From Podarcis muralis (Eukaryota): a stretch of DNA of 64,000 bases. The first letter of the stretch is position 1, and every line of letters begins with the position of its first letter. Under the pieces are notes generated by a model that saw only the letters and a program-made list of their open reading frames with translations, did no database searches and was not told where the DNA came from. Below, one piece after another: positions 59,450 through 64,000 of the stretch. Position numbers and translations under genes: made by a program. The stretch spans positions 25,234,001 through 25,298,000 of the forward strand of contig NC_135667.1 of the NCBI RefSeq assembly GCF_964188315.1, in the 5' to 3' direction.

Positions 59450-59570
59450 GCAGCACACTGTGATGTAGCAAAGAAACATGTTTTTATTTATATTCTTGTT
59501 TAAGGAAAGCTCATGGGAATACCCCACTAATGAATCCATGGAGGTTTAGAACTATGGCAAAATATGTTGT
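59450..59570 (-). promoter_or_regulatory. Putative OR promoter cassette
   Basis: CTCATGGGAATACCCCACTAATGAATCCATGGAG (59510-59543) plus ATTTATAT; the block aligns to 25580-25705. Confidence 0.6.
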
Positions 59571-60715
59571 AAGTCTGTGGATGAAAGCAAACTACACAAG
59601 CTTCAAGAAATGACAGCAAATCCTAACTACTTTCAAAAGTGTTGCCACCACTTTTAACCATTTGAAACAGAAGTCGGGATGCCTTTCATTGCAGGCCAAG
59701 CTGATACTGTAATACACATTCTACTGTACTAATACATTCCCTAAAATCAGGGATATCCATTCCACCCTTTCCCAGTTAACAACCTAGAAATACTGTACAT
59801 GTAGCTACTTGATAAGCTGGTCATATCTATGTTTTGCAAGGTGAGAAAGAGAAATTTACTATACTTATTAATATACTATACTATATTGATGCAGCTGGGA
59901 ATGGCAAAATGATTATCATCTCTTGGCAGGACGAAGTGGTTGTCTCATTTACCAATGTACCAATCAGGTTTCTTCCTCCAAGTCATGGACAGAGGAGCAG
60001 GGATATATGTGCTTCCTGTGTCCCAACACCCCTGTGCCATAAACCCGGAATGATCAGGGTTCCTGTTCAGACATGACATGTTTTGCCACTAAAGGAGCAA
60101 TCATATGGCATGTTCCACCAAGATGAGCAGCTTAGGATGCAGTGGATCTCTGACTCAGCTGGGCTAAGTAGGCACTTCATCTCCAACCCTGGCTCAGCTG
60201 ATGCTATGCCAGTGTAACTGGCTTTCTGCAGCTCAGCCAGGGCTCTGCTGAAGCTGTCTGAGTCATGGCAAGTGTAAGTCTCAAAAAGGGGCATTAGGAG
60301 GCGTGTGGAAGAGGCAGGACTAGAAAGGGTGGGCGGACTTAGGCTGGATTCTAAACCCATTCAGCTCAATTTTATGACTTGGCAACCTGGCATAAAGCAC
60401 AATTTTAAAGGCTTGTTTTCTCTCTGCCAGCCTTACACAGAGCAGCAACCCCCCTGCTGAATTTGGTGTAACTTTAAACCAGTTTAACTTTTATACTGGC
60501 TTGCTTCACTCCACCTTCTTGTGCATAGGATTGCCCCTGTGGATGAGGATAGAGTTAGAGTGTTAGTGGAGTGAGGCTAGCTGTCTCTGTTCTCTGTGTG
60601 TAAAGATTGTGTGGAGACAAATGTCTGAGCAGGATTTAAATGGCCATATGCATGTTGCAATAAATTACCACTTGGAAAGTGGTTGCCTGTTCAAACTTAT
60701 AATATTTGCCTGTTC

Positions 60716-60761
<46 letters not shown>

Positions 60762-60911
60762 TATAATAATAATTACTTATACCCCACCCATCTGGCCAGG
60801 TCTCCCCAGCCACTCTTGGCAGCTCCCAATAGAATATTAAAAACATGATAAAACATCAAACATTGAAAACTTCCCTAAAGAGGGCTACCTTCAGATGTCT
60901 TCTAAAAGTCA
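60716..60911 (-). mobile_element. L2-like LINE 3' end with (AAT)n tail
   Basis: (AAT)n at 60716-60775, then ataccccacccatctggcc...cttcagatgtcttctaaaagtc. Confidence 0.7.
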
Positions 60912-61402
60912 TGGTGAATAGCTTTACAGTGAAGGATTTACATTTATCTTTATCTTTTCTTTTGCTCAATAACCTTGGCTGAGAGTCTCTACACCAATAA
61001 TTTGTTGAGTTTTTAAAAGCAATGCAGTTCATGTATATAATGAATGCTGATATCTTAATCTTAATTGCTTAGAAATCCAGACAGATTTATTTCTTGGTAA
61101 ATGTACATATCACAAAGCATTAAAAGATGAGCATGTATTAAAAGATACACATGCAGCTTACTTCTGAGTATACATACATGGAAGTGCTCTGCAAGTTTTG
61201 TTAGTAGTTCTGATATTGTAAATTGCTCTGAGTTGCTTTTGCAAAAAAAGTGACCATAAGCTTAAATGATGATGATTGCTACTAAATGTGGCCATACAGT
61301 ATCTAAGTAGGCATTATAAGTGGTGCATTATAAAATTTATACATTGTTCACTGTTTGTTCCTCTGTTAAAGCTCAGCTCAGTTTTTCCAGAAGAGTAACT
61401 TA

Positions 61403-62344
61403 TCAATTCAGTCCTTCCTGTTTTCTACAGAGAACTTTTTTAAGGGCCTCTTTCACCTCCTTGTTCCTGAGGCTATATATGATGGGATTCAAGAGTGGAG
61501 TGACCAGGCAGTAGAAGACAGCTACCAACTGGTCCATATTGAAGGAGAGGTTTCGGGTGGGCCTGACATAAATGAACATCATTGTTCCATAATAGATACC
61601 AACTACTGTCAAATGGGAAGCAAAGGTGGAGAAGGCCTTTTTCCGTCCATCGGAAGAACGAATGCCCAGAACAGTGATCAAGATGGCGGCATAAGAAGCC
61701 ACAGTTATTGTGAATGACCCAACAAGGAGAAAGGAGCAGATGAAGAAACTCAGCATCTCGTTGAGCTGGGTCCTGTTGCAAACCAGCCTCAGCAATGGCA
61801 AAATGTCACAGAAGAAATGGTCCACTATATTGCTCCCACAATAGTTGAGCTGAGATATGAGAATTGTTGGGATCAATGGCAGAACCAAGCCAGTGACCCA
61901 AGACCAAGTAGCAAGCTGATGATAGACAACACTATTCATAATGGTGTTGTATCTTAAAGGAGAACGTACAGCCACATATCTATCATATGCCATGGCAGCC
62001 AAAAGGAGGCACTCAATGCCACCAAGAGCATGGAAAAAATATATTTGGGTAAGGCAGTTCTTGAAGGATACAACATTCTTTTTTCTAATGAGATCAACCA
62101 ATATTGTTGGGGCTGTGACGGAGGTAAAACAGATCTCCAGCAAGGAAAAATTTCCCAGGAAGAAGTACATGGGGGTGTTAAGAGAATTTTCATACCTGGT
62201 GATGAATACTATAACCATGTTTCCTATCACTGTTAGTGTGTACATAATTAGTACTAGCGTAAATATTGGAAATCTGCTTTTTTCCAGGTTGGGAAATCCT
62301 GTGATAAGAAATTCACTCACTGTTGTATGGTTTGAGAGATCCAT
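61403..62344 (-). CDS. Olfactory receptor, class II (OR6/11-like), intact ORF (313 aa) with atypical motifs
   Basis: Motifs LNTPMYFFL, MAYDRYVAVR (C to R), HFFCD, KAFSTFASHL (C to F) and PLLNPIIYSLRNKEV. Confidence 0.93.
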   Translation of the reverse strand: MDLSNHTTVSEFLITGFPNLEKSRFPIFTLVLIMYTLTVIGNMVIVFITRYENSLNTPMYFFLGNFSLLEICFTSVTAPTILVDLIRKKNVVSFKNCLTQIYFFHALGGIECLLLAAMAYDRYVAVRSPLRYNTIMNSVVYHQLATWSWVTGLVLPLIPTILISQLNYCGSNIVDHFFCDILPLLRLVCNRTQLNEMLSFFICSFLLVGSFTITVASYAAILITVLGIRSSDGRKKAFSTFASHLTVVGIYYGTMMFIYVRPTRNLSFNMDQLVAVFYCLVTPLLNPIIYSLRNKEVKEALKKVLCRKQEGLN

Positions 62345-64000
62345 ATTATGATTGGTTGTTCTTTTGTGGAAACAAAAAAAGAACAGTTGTTTGCCCTAAA
62401 GTGAAAGCATTCTGTGTACTTCTTATGATATATCAGCTGAAGAGGTTTAACCTAGAAAAGGCTTCCGATGAATTTTTTCTAGGACAGAACGTCAGTCAAA
62501 GTGAAGAAATCTATGACAAAGAAAAGAAAAAGAATCTATGAAAAATCTATGAAATCTATGAAAAAGAAAAGAATTCTATGATCACTAACCTTCACAGCAG
62601 TCAAAGGAAATAACATTGCCAGTGTGCTTAAGAAATGTTGTAGTCTTGAGTGGTGGAAGGGGGAAAGGAGTTTCTTTGCATTTATATCTATTGATAATAT
62701 AAGGTCATTATTTGGAGAGTAGACTTGGGGACTTGGAAATGCCACTAAACTTACAGCGTGCATTACTATGTTCATGTAGAGTAATGCATGCTATCACTGT
62801 ACCTCTGCTATTGATTCCAGTGGAACTTGTTAATTGCACACAATTGCTGCCTAGTGCTGTTACTCTATGAATGCTTGGTTAAGAGGAAATCATGCTAAAT
62901 TGAGCACCACACTCCAGATGAGCCATCCAGACCATGAGGATTTGTCATATGTGGGATATGAACCTATGCTTCCAATCAGAGACCAGAAAAGATAAAAGAT
63001 AAAACAGTAAAATCAAGGGGGGGAAACACAGCCACACTTTAAAACATACAAATGTTAAAATACTAAAACAGATTAAAATTACCTCAGCTTTCTAAATATC
63101 TGGGCAGGCTCGTCTAAAGAATAATGGTTTTTTGCAGGTGCTAAAAAATGTGTGTGTTTGCATTTAAAGTGTGAGCCAATATTTAGACAGCTCACCTATA
63201 AATTTAAGCCAACCTGACCTGATTTCTGCCTGAAGAATAATCCAGTGGTTTCACACATACCCCACACTTCTCAGCTGAATGTTTCTCCCAGTATTAAGAA
63301 TAACAAATATAATCCTTCTGGAGTTCTACATTCCTCTCAACTCTCAACATTCCTCCTCATAACAGTTTATGTGCTATTACATATATAATCTCCAATTTTT
63401 CTTTGAAAAATTTAAGAAAGAACAAAAAAGCATTTCTTTCTCACATATCCTGGCAATGTGACATTTTTGTCAGTAGAATTAAAATCAATAAATTATATAC
63501 ACATTGAACTACTTCATTAAAGAAAAACCCTGAAAAGAAAAGAAAAGTACATATTTTAAAACGTTTTGTCCATTTTCATTCTGCAATGTGGCTATACTCA
63601 CAAATGATGCAGATCATGCATTTGAAAATAGTTGGTCCCATCATGACTGCCATGAGGACTGGCCAGGTGTTGGGACAACATGATGTGAAAAGAAGACCTA
63701 AAGATAAATTATATTATCTTTTCATGGGGAGATTTGCATGTGTACTTTATACATTGAACCTATTTCATCAGCATACCTGTATTCAAACTCATGGGGACCT
63801 GATCTCCAAGGGATCAAACCCTAGAGCTTAAAGTTAGACAGCCTTATCAGTGAGACTCTGCAAACTGTGCTGATGAAAGTGGTGGAAAATATTTCACCAT
63901 CTTTAATTGATCTGAGAAACCCCCCAGCAGCTAAATGAAAATGTTGGAGTGTGATTAATGAGAAGAGGACAGACCACTATTTAATAGGAGTTGATTCAAG

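Noticed and set aside
10540-60400. Similar ~150-bp segments at 10540-10720 and 60200-60400 as a conserved regulatory element
   Set aside because: More simply two old copies of an unclassified dispersed repeat; there is no consistent position relative to the ORs.
973-62351. Short antisense ORFs overlapping the OR genes (e.g. 23686-23877, 44470-44886, 61941-62351)
   Set aside because: Shadow frames of OR coding sequence, or chance ORFs in AT-rich DNA, with no independent motifs.
63586-63831. 81-aa ORF near the window end
   Set aside because: No OR or other recognisable motif.
1-64000. CRISPR array, rRNA or prokaryotic systems
   Set aside because: Eukaryotic sequence; no repeat-spacer array or rRNA-like sequence seen.

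Overview
Vertebrate genomic DNA, most likely a lacertid-type lizard. This is inferred from Sauria-type SINEs and squamate-like CR1/L2 and hAT repeats. The window is an olfactory receptor (OR) gene cluster with 10 intact single-coding-exon class II OR ORFs (2 on +, 8 on -) and 3 OR pseudogene remnants. Four intact ORs form a closely related OR10-like array. Part of that array is a ~4.7-kb tandem duplication whose junction carries a 93-bp piece copied from the neighbouring OR. Mobile DNA includes: (1) a 6,404-bp gamma-like endogenous retrovirus on the - strand, with two apparently identical 1,149-bp LTRs, a 4-bp TSD, a tRNA-His-like PBS, an interrupted gag, a large gag-pol deletion and a frameshifted ERV3-like env; (2) two near-identical 1.62-kb non-autonomous hAT elements carrying GC-rich and L2-derived cargo; (3) several MITEs, SINEs and CR1/L2 fragments, a tyrosine-recombinase retroelement remnant, and an unclassified 820-bp TSD-less element. 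I found no unambiguous new protein system. The best candidates for undescribed biology are a promoter-like cassette shared between OR families, a lesion-rich ERV that appears recently mobile and has a CR1 fragment built into its LTR, a cargo-carrying hAT, and an intact OR lacking three conserved cytoplasmic-side cysteines. All comparisons were made by eye; no database searches were run.
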